The notes: generated by a model not told the origin, from the letters alone. Shown: positions 1 through 9,365, counted from the first letter of the stretch. The stretch: DNA of 64,000 nucleotides from an uncultured Bacilli bacterium (GCA_944359055.1 CALVSO010000003.1:4832-68831); one strand, 5' to 3'. Program-made: numbers and translations.

Positions 1-171
1 TACAATAATATCAATATATGGACAAGCATCTTCTATTACATCAACCCAATCAAAAGATACTAAATTACCTTCATAATCAGATTTAAAAAACATTTCAGAA
101 CCTAATTTTTTCAAAAATATATCAGTTTTATCTTTTACATTTTTTTCAACTTCACATTTAAAATTGTCCAT
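1..171 (-). CDS. hypothetical protein, N-terminal part only (gene continues past the left edge)
   Basis: Reverse-strand ATG at 169-171 (MDNFKCEVEKNVKDKTDIF...), open to position 1. AGGGG Shine-Dalgarno 10 nt upstream. Immediately downstream of the AAA ATPase gene on the same strand. Confidence 0.3.
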   Translation of the reverse strand, partial: MDNFKCEVEKNVKDKTDIFLKKLGSEMFFKSDYEGNLVSFDWVDVIEDACPYIDIIV

Positions 172-188
172 ATAATATCAACCCCTAA

Positions 189-1727
189 CTATATGCTTTT
201 CTTAAGATTTTGTAAATATGCAATACATTCCTTCATTACATCTTTACCAAATTTTTTATTTAAATAAGAAATAAATGGATCAATTTCATCTCTTAATAAA
301 GCAACACTTAATTGATCAAATTTTCTTAATATTTTTTTAGCAATAAAGTAATCAATTGCTTCTATTTCTTTACCACCACAAGCTACATAAACTGGAGTGA
401 ATACCCCTAATTGTTTCATAATACGATTACCAAATGCAATTCTAAAATGTTCAATAACGTAATCATCTATTTCTCCAACATAATTTAATCCTTTATCAGA
501 TAATGGATATTTTTCAACTGCATCAGCAAACAAACTATCTAAATAACTTGAATTAATTTTTACTACATCTTGCTCACGACATTTAAATGGATCTACTTTA
601 GTATTAATATCAATAGGCATTGCTCTATCATATACTTTATCAGTAACCATAAAAGTTGAATCATCATTATTAATAGTACCAATATACCAAAGATTTCCAG
701 GTAATTTAATTTTTCCTTTAATTAATTTTTTAGGATCATCTGGCCAAGCACTAGGTACTAAGTCTACTAACCATTCATCACGACTAGGCATTTCAAGAAT
801 TGATAATAAATCTGCAAAATAATATTCAACACGAGCTAAGTTCATTTCATCTAGAATAATTGTGTGAACATCATCATCAAATGAAGCAGCATATATTTCA
901 CCTAAAGCTTTAGTTTCATTAAATTTTTTTGTAAATTCATTAAAATATCCTAAGAAATCTGATTTATCTCTCCAAGATGGTTCAACAGAAGATACACAAG
1001 CATCCATTCCCATAAATTTTCCCCAAGCATAAGCTAAGGAAGTTTTACCTGTACCAGAGATACCTTGTAGAATAATTAACTTACCACAAGCTAAACCACC
1101 AAAGAAAGGTCTTAAAATTGAAAAATCATAATATAAATGTAATTGGCTAGCTGCGAAGCATCTGAAATCATCAATTAATTGTGCTAAAGTTGTATCGTTT
1201 TGATATTTTTTAATTTTACAACCTTCAAATTGTTCATCGATAGCCACCAATTTAGGAAATCTAATTCCTTTAATAGCAGCATCTTCTTCCTCTTTATTTT
1301 TTTCTTCATCACCAGTTGTATTTTCTTCATTTTCTTCTTCAGGATTTATTCCTAATTGAGAAACTTTCATAGCCATTAATTCTTCTCTTTCTTTCATTAA
1401 CTTTCTAACTTGATCATTTAAATTACCAATTTCAGTTAATAATTCATCTTTGCTTAAATTATTATTTAATTTTCTTATTATTTTTTTAACTAGCAAGAAA
1501 ATTAATAATGCTATTAATAAAACTATTATTATTAAACAAACAACACACATAACAACAAATACTTTTTCATTGCCATTAAAATTATCTTTATAACTTTCAA
1601 TTATTTTAGCGTAATCACTAAAACTAAACATTTGTTTAATACCATTAATAAATCCTTTAAAAGCATTAAACAATCCATCAAAAAAGATAGATATAAATTC
1701 GTAAAAAAATCTTAAAAATGTATTCAT
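189..1727 (-). CDS. membrane-anchored AAA+ ATPase, McrB/AAA_5-like (N-terminal TM helix plus coiled coil, C-terminal P-loop domain)
   Basis: Walker A LIILQGISGTGKTSLAYAW. McrB/AAA_5-like second motif TIILDEMNLARVEYYFADLLSILE. One hydrophobic helix (VVMCVVCLIIIVLLIALLIFLLV) and a KE-rich coiled-coil linker precede the ATPase domain. Confidence 0.65.
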   Translation of the reverse strand: MNTFLRFFYEFISIFFDGLFNAFKGFINGIKQMFSFSDYAKIIESYKDNFNGNEKVFVVMCVVCLIIIVLLIALLIFLLVKKIIRKLNNNLSKDELLTEIGNLNDQVRKLMKEREELMAMKVSQLGINPEEENEENTTGDEEKNKEEEDAAIKGIRFPKLVAIDEQFEGCKIKKYQNDTTLAQLIDDFRCFAASQLHLYYDFSILRPFFGGLACGKLIILQGISGTGKTSLAYAWGKFMGMDACVSSVEPSWRDKSDFLGYFNEFTKKFNETKALGEIYAASFDDDVHTIILDEMNLARVEYYFADLLSILEMPSRDEWLVDLVPSAWPDDPKKLIKGKIKLPGNLWYIGTINNDDSTFMVTDKVYDRAMPIDINTKVDPFKCREQDVVKINSSYLDSLFADAVEKYPLSDKGLNYVGEIDDYVIEHFRIAFGNRIMKQLGVFTPVYVACGGKEIEAIDYFIAKKILRKFDQLSVALLRDEIDPFISYLNKKFGKDVMKECIAYLQNLKKSI

Positions 1728-1730
1728 AAA

Positions 1731-3767
1731 CTACTCTCCCCAATAACTTCCTATTTTACTTGCTATATCATCATAAGCAATTTTATTGTGTAATTCCTCT
1801 TTAATTGATGATAAAACATCAATTGATTCAAACATTTTCCCTTTTACTCTTTTATCGACAAATATGTATTCCATTGCTTCAACAATACCTTGATCTTTTG
1901 ATTTTACTGCTGAAGTTTTTAAATCAACGGCAAATCTATATCCATCTTTAATTAATGATTTAATAATCTTTTTATTCTTTGATAATTCTTCATATTGTGC
2001 TAAAACAATAATATTATTTTTAGCGTATTCATCACCAAACAAATTAAATATTTTATCTAATTTATTAGATTTAGTATATAAACTTTCTGGTATATAGAAT
2101 ATATATTTTTTATTAAAATCAGCATTCAACATATCTTTAACAACTTGTACCAGTAATAATGTTAATAAAACTTCTATTTTATCTTCAGCAACAATACCAT
2201 CATAATAAGTTTTATCTACAATATAATCACTATATACTTTACTAAAATTGATATTATGATTTAATTCAACGGCATAAACATTTTTTATTGATAAATTATT
2301 ATAATTTAATTCAAATAAACTTGTTTCTAATTTTTCGATTGATTCTTTAATCACTGATTTATAAGTTCTTTGAATTTTTAATATATTACTAATCATAGAA
2401 TTAATTGTTTTAGGATCAACTTCAGTTCCGATTAATTTAACCATCTTATTTTTATAAGTTTGTTTTTTTATTTTAGTATCATCGATAACTAAATATGTAT
2501 GTTCTAAATACATAATCAAAGTAAATATATTAGTGTATTTTTTAACCTTTTCGCTATATTTATTATCAGTACCTTTATATGCTTTAATCATTTTTTCTGC
2601 TGCTTCTTTTAATGCATTTTCAATTCTAGTATTCATATTACGGCCATTATACTCAACATTGACATCTCCGCAATAATTATAATATTTACCATCAATATAT
2701 ACTCTTAAGAAATTTTCTCTAATTGTTGCTTCATTTGTTTTTAAATTTTCACCATTATTTAAAACTTCAATTATTTCTTTTAGTTCTTCTTCTTTCATAA
2801 ACATAATTTTTTCAATTATATTTTTGAATTTTTTCTTTTTATTTTTTAACATTTCTAATTTTAATTCTACTTCATTAGATTTAACTTCTTCTTCTTTTTC
2901 TATGATCTCTGGTTGCTCTTCTTCAATTTCAATTTTTTTAGCATAAGCATTTTCAATTTCATCTTTATCAACTTGAATCATTCTAAAATACATAGTTTTA
3001 TCCAAATCTTCAGCTTCTAAAGGTTTTAAATCAATAATTGTCTTATCTAATTTCTCATCTTTTACTTCTTCTACTTTTGTAACTTTTACTTCTTGAACTT
3101 CTTCTTTTATATTGCTTTTAATTTTTTCTGACTTTTCTTTAATATACTTATCATTGATTGTTTTTTTATTATTATTTTTAATTAATTTAATAATATTTTT
3201 TATAAATATTTTTATCTTTTTAACTACATTTGCCATAAATACATCAAATTTTTTCATATCTTTTTCCTTCTTATTCTTCTTAATTGTTAATGTTACTAAA
3301 TAAACTGTAATAATAATTGCAACTAAAACATAAGGATTAAATATTGTTTTTTTAAATATACCAAAAGCAGGTAATACTTTGACAACTTTTCCAACTATTT
3401 GCTCTTGTGTAATTGGATCATCCTTAACATCATTAGCATCACCTTTAGTTACATAAGTACCTTGGTATGCCTCAATAACTCTATGAGTTATAAATTCACC
3501 ATCTTGTTTAAATGTAATAATATCATCTAATTTTATATTTTTAGAATACTTAACAACAATCCAATCGCCAGGTTCAACTGCTTCCCCCATACTTCCTGTC
3601 TGCACTTCAAATACAGAGTAACCAAAAAAACTAGAGTAATCATTACCTAATAATTTGACTTGGATATTGTTATATATAGAAATTAGTAAAACTATTCCAA
3701 AAATAAAAATCAATATATTTAAACCGATATTGGCAACTTTTTCTAAAATTTTACCTTTATTTACCAT
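1731..3767 (-). CDS. sipW-like: SipW-type (archaeal/ER-type) signal peptidase I domain fused to an about 500 aa charged/coiled-coil C-terminal region
   Basis: Residues about 40-160 align with B. subtilis SipW: VQTGSMGEAVEPGDWIVVK matches LSGSMEPEFNTGDLILVK; DDIITFKQDGEFITHRVIE matches GDIITFMQDQNTAVTHRIV; TKGDANDVKDDP matches TKGDNNAAADSAP. Catalytic Ser (GSM) and His (THR) are present. A TM helix precedes and another follows the domain, then a 500 aa K/E-rich extension. Confidence 0.75.
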   Translation of the reverse strand: MVNKGKILEKVANIGLNILIFIFGIVLLISIYNNIQVKLLGNDYSSFFGYSVFEVQTGSMGEAVEPGDWIVVKYSKNIKLDDIITFKQDGEFITHRVIEAYQGTYVTKGDANDVKDDPITQEQIVGKVVKVLPAFGIFKKTIFNPYVLVAIIITVYLVTLTIKKNKKEKDMKKFDVFMANVVKKIKIFIKNIIKLIKNNNKKTINDKYIKEKSEKIKSNIKEEVQEVKVTKVEEVKDEKLDKTIIDLKPLEAEDLDKTMYFRMIQVDKDEIENAYAKKIEIEEEQPEIIEKEEEVKSNEVELKLEMLKNKKKKFKNIIEKIMFMKEEELKEIIEVLNNGENLKTNEATIRENFLRVYIDGKYYNYCGDVNVEYNGRNMNTRIENALKEAAEKMIKAYKGTDNKYSEKVKKYTNIFTLIMYLEHTYLVIDDTKIKKQTYKNKMVKLIGTEVDPKTINSMISNILKIQRTYKSVIKESIEKLETSLFELNYNNLSIKNVYAVELNHNINFSKVYSDYIVDKTYYDGIVAEDKIEVLLTLLLVQVVKDMLNADFNKKYIFYIPESLYTKSNKLDKIFNLFGDEYAKNNIIVLAQYEELSKNKKIIKSLIKDGYRFAVDLKTSAVKSKDQGIVEAMEYIFVDKRVKGKMFESIDVLSSIKEELHNKIAYDDIASKIGSYWGE

Positions 3768-3809
3768 ACTATATCAACCCTATCTTTGACTCTTTTCTTA
3801 CTATATATA

Positions 3810-3838
3810 ATTTTACCATATTCGACATTTTTTTACAA
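3810..3838 (-). promoter_or_regulatory. candidate sigma-A promoter (TTGTAA-17-TAAAAT) with a Spo0A 0A box (TGTCGAA, 3821-3827) in the spacer; a hairpin plus U-run terminator lies just upstream at 3840-3864
   Basis: Reverse strand reads TTGTAA aaaaaTGTCGAAtatgg TAAAAT; the 0A-box consensus TGTCGAA is matched exactly. The hairpin AGAATG-tttaatc-CATTCT at 3847-3864 is followed by an 8-nt U-run on the minus transcript. Confidence 0.4.
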
Positions 3839-3863
3839 TACAAAAAATCAAAAAAAAGAATGT

Positions 3864-5474
3864 TTAATCATTCTCTTTAATTTCTTTAGCAACAATTTTT
3901 TCAACTTGCACAATAAACCAAATTTTTTCAATTGTTGTATCACTTTTTTCTATTTTATTTACTCTTAATATCAATAATATTTTATTAAGTAAATTTTTAA
4001 GATTATCTTCATTTAAATCATCTTCACTAATATTAATACTATTTAATCGATATTTATTACTAATTGTTTTAGCTATATTATTAGTAGAGAAAATTGGTAC
4101 TCCTGTAATAATAATATTAGTTGGATTCATTGCAAACAAATCAAAATTATCGCTATATTTAATAATTTCATCATAATCAGTTATATTATAAACTTTTTGA
4201 ATAGTTAATTTTTTGAAATAATCAAAACTATAATATAAGTTTAAAACATCAGATATAGTTAATGTATCATTTAATATCATCATTACTTTATCTTTGAAAT
4301 ATTCAATATCATAAGTTTTATATAACTCATATAATTCTTTTGCTTTTAAAACTGATTGTAATTTTAATTGTTTTAAAGCACTATCAGATCTAAATTCAAA
4401 TAATCCTGGTCGACCACTAAAGATTTTTTTATTTAATTTTTCTAATTCATTTTCTTTAGTTTCTATTTGATCAATAATAGTTTTTAAACCTTTATACTCT
4501 TTTTTATCAGTAGTTAATAATTTTTCATATTCATCTTTAAAATATTTGAACATCGGATAAAATTCTAAATAATTTTGATATTCTAAAATATTTAATTTTA
4601 ATTTTTCTAAAGCTGGCGCTACTTTATCAACATCAGTAACTTCTGGAATTAAAGAATCAAATGCTGTTTTGCGTCCTTTACTATCACTTAAATATTGTTC
4701 GATATCTAATTCTTTAGTTTTAGCCATAGCTATTATGTCACTAATAGTTTCTTTACTAGCCAAATTTAAATCAATATAAGCATCTTGTAATTTTTCTAAA
4801 CAGTGATTATAATCTTTAATTCTATTTTTCTCCATTACTTCTTTTTGTAACGTCAAAATATAATTATTTAATTTACGACTATTTTTCTTAATTAGTTTTC
4901 TAAAATTTAATTCAATATGTTGAATAAGTTCAGGATTTACCCAATAAATTTGTTCAAAAATTTCTGATACCTTATCATAGCTTTTTAATCTTCTATTTCT
5001 TACTTCTAAAAAAGCAGTCATATATTCATGAACATAACAAGTATAATTAAAATCATCACTTTCTAAATGAATACCTGCTTGTTCAAATTTATCTAATAAA
5101 CCATTTATTATTTCATTTAAAGATTTGAAATTAAATGTATCATAATTATTAATTTGATATAGTAAATCATCAAAACACATTTTTTCGACATAAGTATTAG
5201 TTGGATTTAAAAGAAATTTAACATTTTCTAAAGTTTCTAATTTTTCTGTTAATTTATCTATATCAGTTGATTCCTTAACTTCAAAACTTTTAGCTTTAGC
5301 AATTAAATAATTTCTAGTACTGGTTTTATATTCTTCATATCTTTCAATTATGTTATCAATTGTTTCATTAAATTTCTTTTTATTTGTTTTAGTTTTAGTA
5401 GGCATAGTGGAAATTAATGTTTTTTTTGCTTCAATATCTTTATTTATAAATTCTAAAAAATTATTCATCTTCAT
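3864..5474 (-). CDS. hypothetical cytoplasmic coiled-coil protein
   Basis: 536 aa ORF with no TM segment, K/E-rich with heptad-like stretches. Same strand and tight spacing with the surrounding locus. Confidence 0.45.
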   Translation of the reverse strand: MKMNNFLEFINKDIEAKKTLISTMPTKTKTNKKKFNETIDNIIERYEEYKTSTRNYLIAKAKSFEVKESTDIDKLTEKLETLENVKFLLNPTNTYVEKMCFDDLLYQINNYDTFNFKSLNEIINGLLDKFEQAGIHLESDDFNYTCYVHEYMTAFLEVRNRRLKSYDKVSEIFEQIYWVNPELIQHIELNFRKLIKKNSRKLNNYILTLQKEVMEKNRIKDYNHCLEKLQDAYIDLNLASKETISDIIAMAKTKELDIEQYLSDSKGRKTAFDSLIPEVTDVDKVAPALEKLKLNILEYQNYLEFYPMFKYFKDEYEKLLTTDKKEYKGLKTIIDQIETKENELEKLNKKIFSGRPGLFEFRSDSALKQLKLQSVLKAKELYELYKTYDIEYFKDKVMMILNDTLTISDVLNLYYSFDYFKKLTIQKVYNITDYDEIIKYSDNFDLFAMNPTNIIITGVPIFSTNNIAKTISNKYRLNSINISEDDLNEDNLKNLLNKILLILRVNKIEKSDTTIEKIWFIVQVEKIVAKEIKEND

Positions 5475-5604
5475 TTTCCTCTTCTAACTCTATTTTACTT
5501 TCAACTAAAAATTGCGAAAAATCTGTAATATTTTGATAAACTTCTATTAGTTCTTTTAAAGTTAGTGCCGATAAATCGAAATCTACTTTTTCTTCCCTTT
5601 TCAT
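5461..5604 (-). CDS. possible small acidic protein (47 aa), stop overlapping the start of the downstream gene
   Basis: Reverse-strand ORF MKREEKVDFDLSALTLKELIEVYQNITDFSQFLVESKIELEEENEDE, preceded by AAGGTGAT. Its stop overlaps the ATGAAGATGAAT start of the 536 aa gene. It falls below the ORF-track length cutoff, and the coordinates are accurate only to about 1 nt. Confidence 0.25.
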   Translation of the reverse strand: MKREEKVDFDLSALTLKELIEVYQNITDFSQFLVESKIELEEENEDE

Positions 5605-5620
5605 CTTATCACCTTTTCCC

Positions 5621-6667
5621 CTATTCATATCCTTGTGTATCTTTTAAGAAATTTAATGAAATATATATTTCAGCTCCATCAGAATCTGTTTCTAGACTAT
5701 CAATATCTTGTCCTTCAATCCAAACATACACTCTTGTTTTTGTTATACCATCTGGTACAGTAAATAATGGTTTTTCAAAATCATCATCAGTCATAGTTTC
5801 TTGTAATTCAAAATAATTTGGGTCAAGATTTGGTGAACCAGATACCGTATTTGCTACAAATATAGGACCACCTGCTCTTGTAAATGCATATGTTGGAAAC
5901 TCTTGTCCATCGATTAAATTAACGCCATATTTAGTAGCCCTTTCAATGGAAAGATTAGAATGCGCCTTACTATTTGGCTCAAAAATAATAGAATAACAAT
6001 TATTATTACATTCAATATTTTGAACTTCATTTGCTGGTGCATCTTTAGCAACAGATCCTAACTTAACAATACCAATACGAGCAGAATTTAATAAACCAAT
6101 CATTTCTTCTTCTGCATCTTTTTCCATTGTAATTGAAGTACCATATTCAAAATATAAATTATCGCTTACTGGAGATCCTGAATCATTTTTAAAAAACAAA
6201 TCAAATGCTATATAATTATTGTACTCATTTCTGCCACCTTCATGCATTAAATTAGTTCTTATATAACCATTATTTTTATCCTTATTTGGATATCTAACCC
6301 CACTACTTGAAAACATATTAAATATCGGACTATCATGATTAGTAATTCCATTTGAAGAAATAGGTACTAATCCACCACCTGCCCATTGACTTGTATTATT
6401 AGGATAAGTATATCTTAATCCTCTTATAAGTTCATCAGCAGATATAATTAAATCAGTATCAAAATTAATACCATCTAAAGAAATAGATAATCCAGTATTT
6501 TTTTTAACTGTCATAGTAAATGTTTTTACTCTAACATTTAAATTGGTTGAAAACCACGCATATGTTGAAAAAATAAGCAAAATACCTACTAATACCATAA
6601 CAGTGATAGTAACTTTTTTATTTGTTTTTTCGATAATTCTTTGTCTAAAAGTATTTTGTTTTTTCAT
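5621..6667 (-). CDS. secreted TasA/camelysin-like protein, paralogue class D (SipW-cognate type signal)
   Basis: N-terminus is a basic stretch, then an h-region, then FSTYAWFSTNLNV (compare TasA GGGTWAAFND). C-terminus TKTRVYVWIEGQDIDS is shared with the other paralogues. Confidence 0.6.
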   Translation of the reverse strand: MKKQNTFRQRIIEKTNKKVTITVMVLVGILLIFSTYAWFSTNLNVRVKTFTMTVKKNTGLSISLDGINFDTDLIISADELIRGLRYTYPNNTSQWAGGGLVPISSNGITNHDSPIFNMFSSSGVRYPNKDKNNGYIRTNLMHEGGRNEYNNYIAFDLFFKNDSGSPVSDNLYFEYGTSITMEKDAEEEMIGLLNSARIGIVKLGSVAKDAPANEVQNIECNNNCYSIIFEPNSKAHSNLSIERATKYGVNLIDGQEFPTYAFTRAGGPIFVANTVSGSPNLDPNYFELQETMTDDDFEKPLFTVPDGITKTRVYVWIEGQDIDSLETDSDGAEIYISLNFLKDTQGYE

Positions 6668-6696
6668 TTTTCACCACCTAATTAATAAAGGAAGAG

Positions 6697-6720
6697 TAAT
6701 TAACCAAATTACTCTTCTTT
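6697..6720 (-). terminator. intra-operon hairpin (AAGAGTAAT-taaccaa-ATTACTCTT) followed by a U-rich tract on the minus transcript, downstream of class B gene 6729-8030
   Basis: Perfect 9-bp inverted repeat seen in the sequence; the minus-strand RNA continues cuuccuuuauuaauu. Confidence 0.35.
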
Positions 6721-6728
6721 ATTATCAA

Positions 6729-8030
6729 TTATTCACCATTTGTTGGAGTAATATCTGTACTTGGTCCATCATAACCTGGAATATCAGATTCATTATATCT
6801 TTCTTTAGTGAATCCAAAATTAACTGTAATTTTCTTTCCTAATGAAGCAAAGTCGTAATTATCGATATCTTGTCCTTCAATCCAAATGTAAACTCTAACT
6901 TTTGTAATACTATTTGGAGCTAATGTCATAAATTGTGGACGATCTTTACCAGCAACATTTTTCATTGTATCAGTAAAGTATGGGAATTCAACTAAGTTAT
7001 ATGTATTTCTAACTCCAGCAACATAAGTTTCATAATCTACTGTGTTTTTTGTATAAGTATTGTAAGCTGCACCATCATAAATATTTACATTATCAGCAAT
7101 TTCAATATTATTACTAATTGCATATGTTGGATAAGCTGTACCATCTTTTACAGCAGTACATTTTGAACCAGCATTATATGAATCTGGATCATTAACATCG
7201 TCACCATCAGTAGAAGCTTTTCTTGTTAAACAAGATTTTTGATACCAATTAATAGCATTTTGTACGTGTTTAGTATCGTTTGGTTCCCAAATTTGAGCAT
7301 CTCTACAAATTCCAGTTACTTGAACTTGGCCATCAGCAGCAGGTACATTAGCACAAGTTATTTTTGTGATATTATCAGCTGAAGTTGTATCTGCTTTAAC
7401 ACGCCCGATTTGTGCGAAAGCAACTCTTACTGAATTTTCAATACCAGCTTTTTCTTTTCCACCATTTGCAGAAACTTTAACTTCTGAATTAGTAGTTAAA
7501 TAAATTGCTTCTTCATTTAATGGATTATTATCAGCATAATAAGCATTTCCTGATAAGTTTTTAATGAACAAGTCAAATGCTACATAACCATTTCCTTCTT
7601 CATATTCAACACCACCAGCATTTAAAGTTGTATGATTATCAACTTGTTCTGATAATAATCTATAACCACCTGTAACAGCAGTTAAACTTCCTTTTTCAAA
7701 TAATTTCATTCTTGATGAAGCTTTATCCATATCACCAACAGATGACATTGGAATTAAACCTTCTCCAGGTTGATCTAACCATTGATTAGCATTTCCTTCA
7801 TAAGGATCAGCATTTCTTGCATCTAATGTATATTTCCAGTTTTCTCCATCCATAGATAAGTATAAACCTTCTGTTGTTGCTATGTTAACACTAAATTCTG
7901 CAACATTAACAGTTTTCATACCAATAAACCATGCATATGTTGAAACTGATAATAAGATTGCACATAAAGAACAAATAGCAACTAAATCTCTAATTCTTTT
8001 ACTTTTTTTACTATTATGTTTTTTTGCCAT
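6729..8030 (-). CDS. secreted TasA/camelysin-like protein, paralogue class B (copy 2)
   Basis: N-terminus ...LCAILLSVSTYAWFIGMKTVNVAEFSV. Conserved core AGIENSVRVAFAQIGRV. C-terminus LAPNSITKVRVYIWIEGQDIDNYDFASLGKKITVNFGFTKE. GGAGG Shine-Dalgarno. Confidence 0.7.
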   Translation of the reverse strand: MAKKHNSKKSKRIRDLVAICSLCAILLSVSTYAWFIGMKTVNVAEFSVNIATTEGLYLSMDGENWKYTLDARNADPYEGNANQWLDQPGEGLIPMSSVGDMDKASSRMKLFEKGSLTAVTGGYRLLSEQVDNHTTLNAGGVEYEEGNGYVAFDLFIKNLSGNAYYADNNPLNEEAIYLTTNSEVKVSANGGKEKAGIENSVRVAFAQIGRVKADTTSADNITKITCANVPAADGQVQVTGICRDAQIWEPNDTKHVQNAINWYQKSCLTRKASTDGDDVNDPDSYNAGSKCTAVKDGTAYPTYAISNNIEIADNVNIYDGAAYNTYTKNTVDYETYVAGVRNTYNLVEFPYFTDTMKNVAGKDRPQFMTLAPNSITKVRVYIWIEGQDIDNYDFASLGKKITVNFGFTKERYNESDIPGYDGPSTDITPTNGE

Positions 8031-8057
8031 AATTTCCTCCTATATTTAAATTTTAGT

Positions 8058-8095
8058 AACCTAGAAGATTAATTAAAATCTTCTAGTTACTTTAA
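8058..8095 (-). terminator. intra-operon imperfect hairpin (AGTAACCTAGAAGAT...ATCTTCTAGTTACT) between the class A and class B genes; possible attenuator or processing/stability element
   Basis: About 14-bp stem with one bulge; only a weak A/U-rich tail follows on the minus transcript. Confidence 0.3.
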
Positions 8096-8098
8096 TAA

Positions 8099-9346
8099 TT
8101 ATTCACCTAATGTTGGTCTCTTATCAACATCACTTGGTAATTCAGGATCACCATCATAGTTGATATCTTCACCATATAATTGTTCTTTAGTAAATCCAAA
8201 TGAAAGTGAGATTTGTCCTCCTAATGAAGCAAAATCATAGTTATCAACGTCTTGTCCTTCAATCCAAATATAAACTCTAATTTTTGTAATACTATTTGGA
8301 GCTAAATAGAATAATTCTGGTCTTTCAGTTCCTTCTAAATTTTTCATTGTATCTGTGAATGTTGGAACTTTCATTAATTTACCTTTTGTAGCAGTCATAG
8401 CAACTGAAGCAGTATAACCATTGTATTCAGTACCATCATATACATCTACTTGATCAGTGTAATTAATTTCACCACTTACTGCATATGTTGGAACAAAAGT
8501 ACCATCAGTAACAGTACCACATGTACCACTAAATGAACTTGGATTAGTAATATCAGCCGCATTTCTCTTTAAGCATGATTTTTCATACCATTTAATAGCA
8601 TTATTTACGTGTTTTGTATCATTTGGTTCCCAAATTGTAGCATCTCTATTTGTACAAATACTAGAAACGCCATCACCACCTGTACAATTAATTCCTTGAA
8701 TTTTTGAAGTATTTTCTTCAGTTGCAACTACACGTCCAATTTGTGCGAAAGCAACTCTTACTGAATTTTCAATACCAGCTGTTTTTTGTCCAGCAGCACC
8801 AGTTTTAACAACTGATTGTGGAGTTAAATAAATTCCTTCTTCATTTTTTATATCAACTGTATCATAATAAGCATTTCCTGATAAGTTTTTAACAAATAAA
8901 TCAAATGCTACATACCCATCAACTTCTTTAGCACCAGTATTTTTTACTCTTGCAGCCATTACACGATAACCACCAGGTGATGCTGTAAAACTTCCTTTTT
9001 CATACATTATAAGTCTTGATGAATCAGTATCGATTTTTCCAACTGTTGACATTGGAATCAATCCTTTGCCACCCCAACTGTTTGTATTAGTCAAATATGT
9101 TCCTTTAACACCAGGATCACTATAATTACTTTCATTAATTGTTACTGTGTCACCGAAATTTTTACCATCTAATGAAAGTGATAAACCATCGATTGCAGCA
9201 ATTTCTACATCGAATGCGGTAACGTTAACAGTTTTCATACCAATAAACCATGCATAGGTTGAAACTGATAAAATAGTAGCACATAAACCAGCTCCAACAA
9301 GCAATCTTTTGACACGTTTTTCATGTCTTCTATTTCTTTTTTCCAT
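8099..9346 (-). CDS. secreted TasA/camelysin-like protein, paralogue class A (copy 2)
   Basis: N-terminus MEKRNRRHEKRVKRLLVGAGLCATILSVSTYAWFIGMKTVNVTAFDVEIAAIDGLSLSLDGKNF. C-terminus ITKIRVYIWIEGQDVDNYDFASLGGQISLSFGFTKE. Confidence 0.7.
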   Translation of the reverse strand: MEKRNRRHEKRVKRLLVGAGLCATILSVSTYAWFIGMKTVNVTAFDVEIAAIDGLSLSLDGKNFGDTVTINESNYSDPGVKGTYLTNTNSWGGKGLIPMSTVGKIDTDSSRLIMYEKGSFTASPGGYRVMAARVKNTGAKEVDGYVAFDLFVKNLSGNAYYDTVDIKNEEGIYLTPQSVVKTGAAGQKTAGIENSVRVAFAQIGRVVATEENTSKIQGINCTGGDGVSSICTNRDATIWEPNDTKHVNNAIKWYEKSCLKRNAADITNPSSFSGTCGTVTDGTFVPTYAVSGEINYTDQVDVYDGTEYNGYTASVAMTATKGKLMKVPTFTDTMKNLEGTERPELFYLAPNSITKIRVYIWIEGQDVDNYDFASLGGQISLSFGFTKEQLYGEDINYDGDPELPSDVDKRPTLGE

Positions 9347-9365
9347 ATGTACCTCTCTCTTTTCA

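Noticed and set aside
1731-2500. A possible EAL (c-di-GMP phosphodiesterase) domain in the C-terminal region of the SipW fusion (YRFAVDL resembles RIALDDFG)
   Set aside because: Only one loose local resemblance. The EAL, DDFGTGYSS and QGY signature motifs are missing.
3112-3303. The short ORFs in the six-frame track that lie inside or antisense to long genes: 3112-3303, 3786-3968, 5565-5816, 6543-6842, 13402-13692, 18420-18626, 21928-22116, 23911-24156, 25219-25428, 25921-26187, 36935-37123, 37409-37603, 41264-41446, 49988-50308, 51038-51226, 52731-52940, 55355-55558, 60138-60338 and 63507-63731
   Set aside because: All lie antisense to, or out of frame within, well-supported longer genes. 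They have low-complexity F/I/L/K-rich translations typical of AT-rich antisense frames and no RBS. I treat them as spurious.
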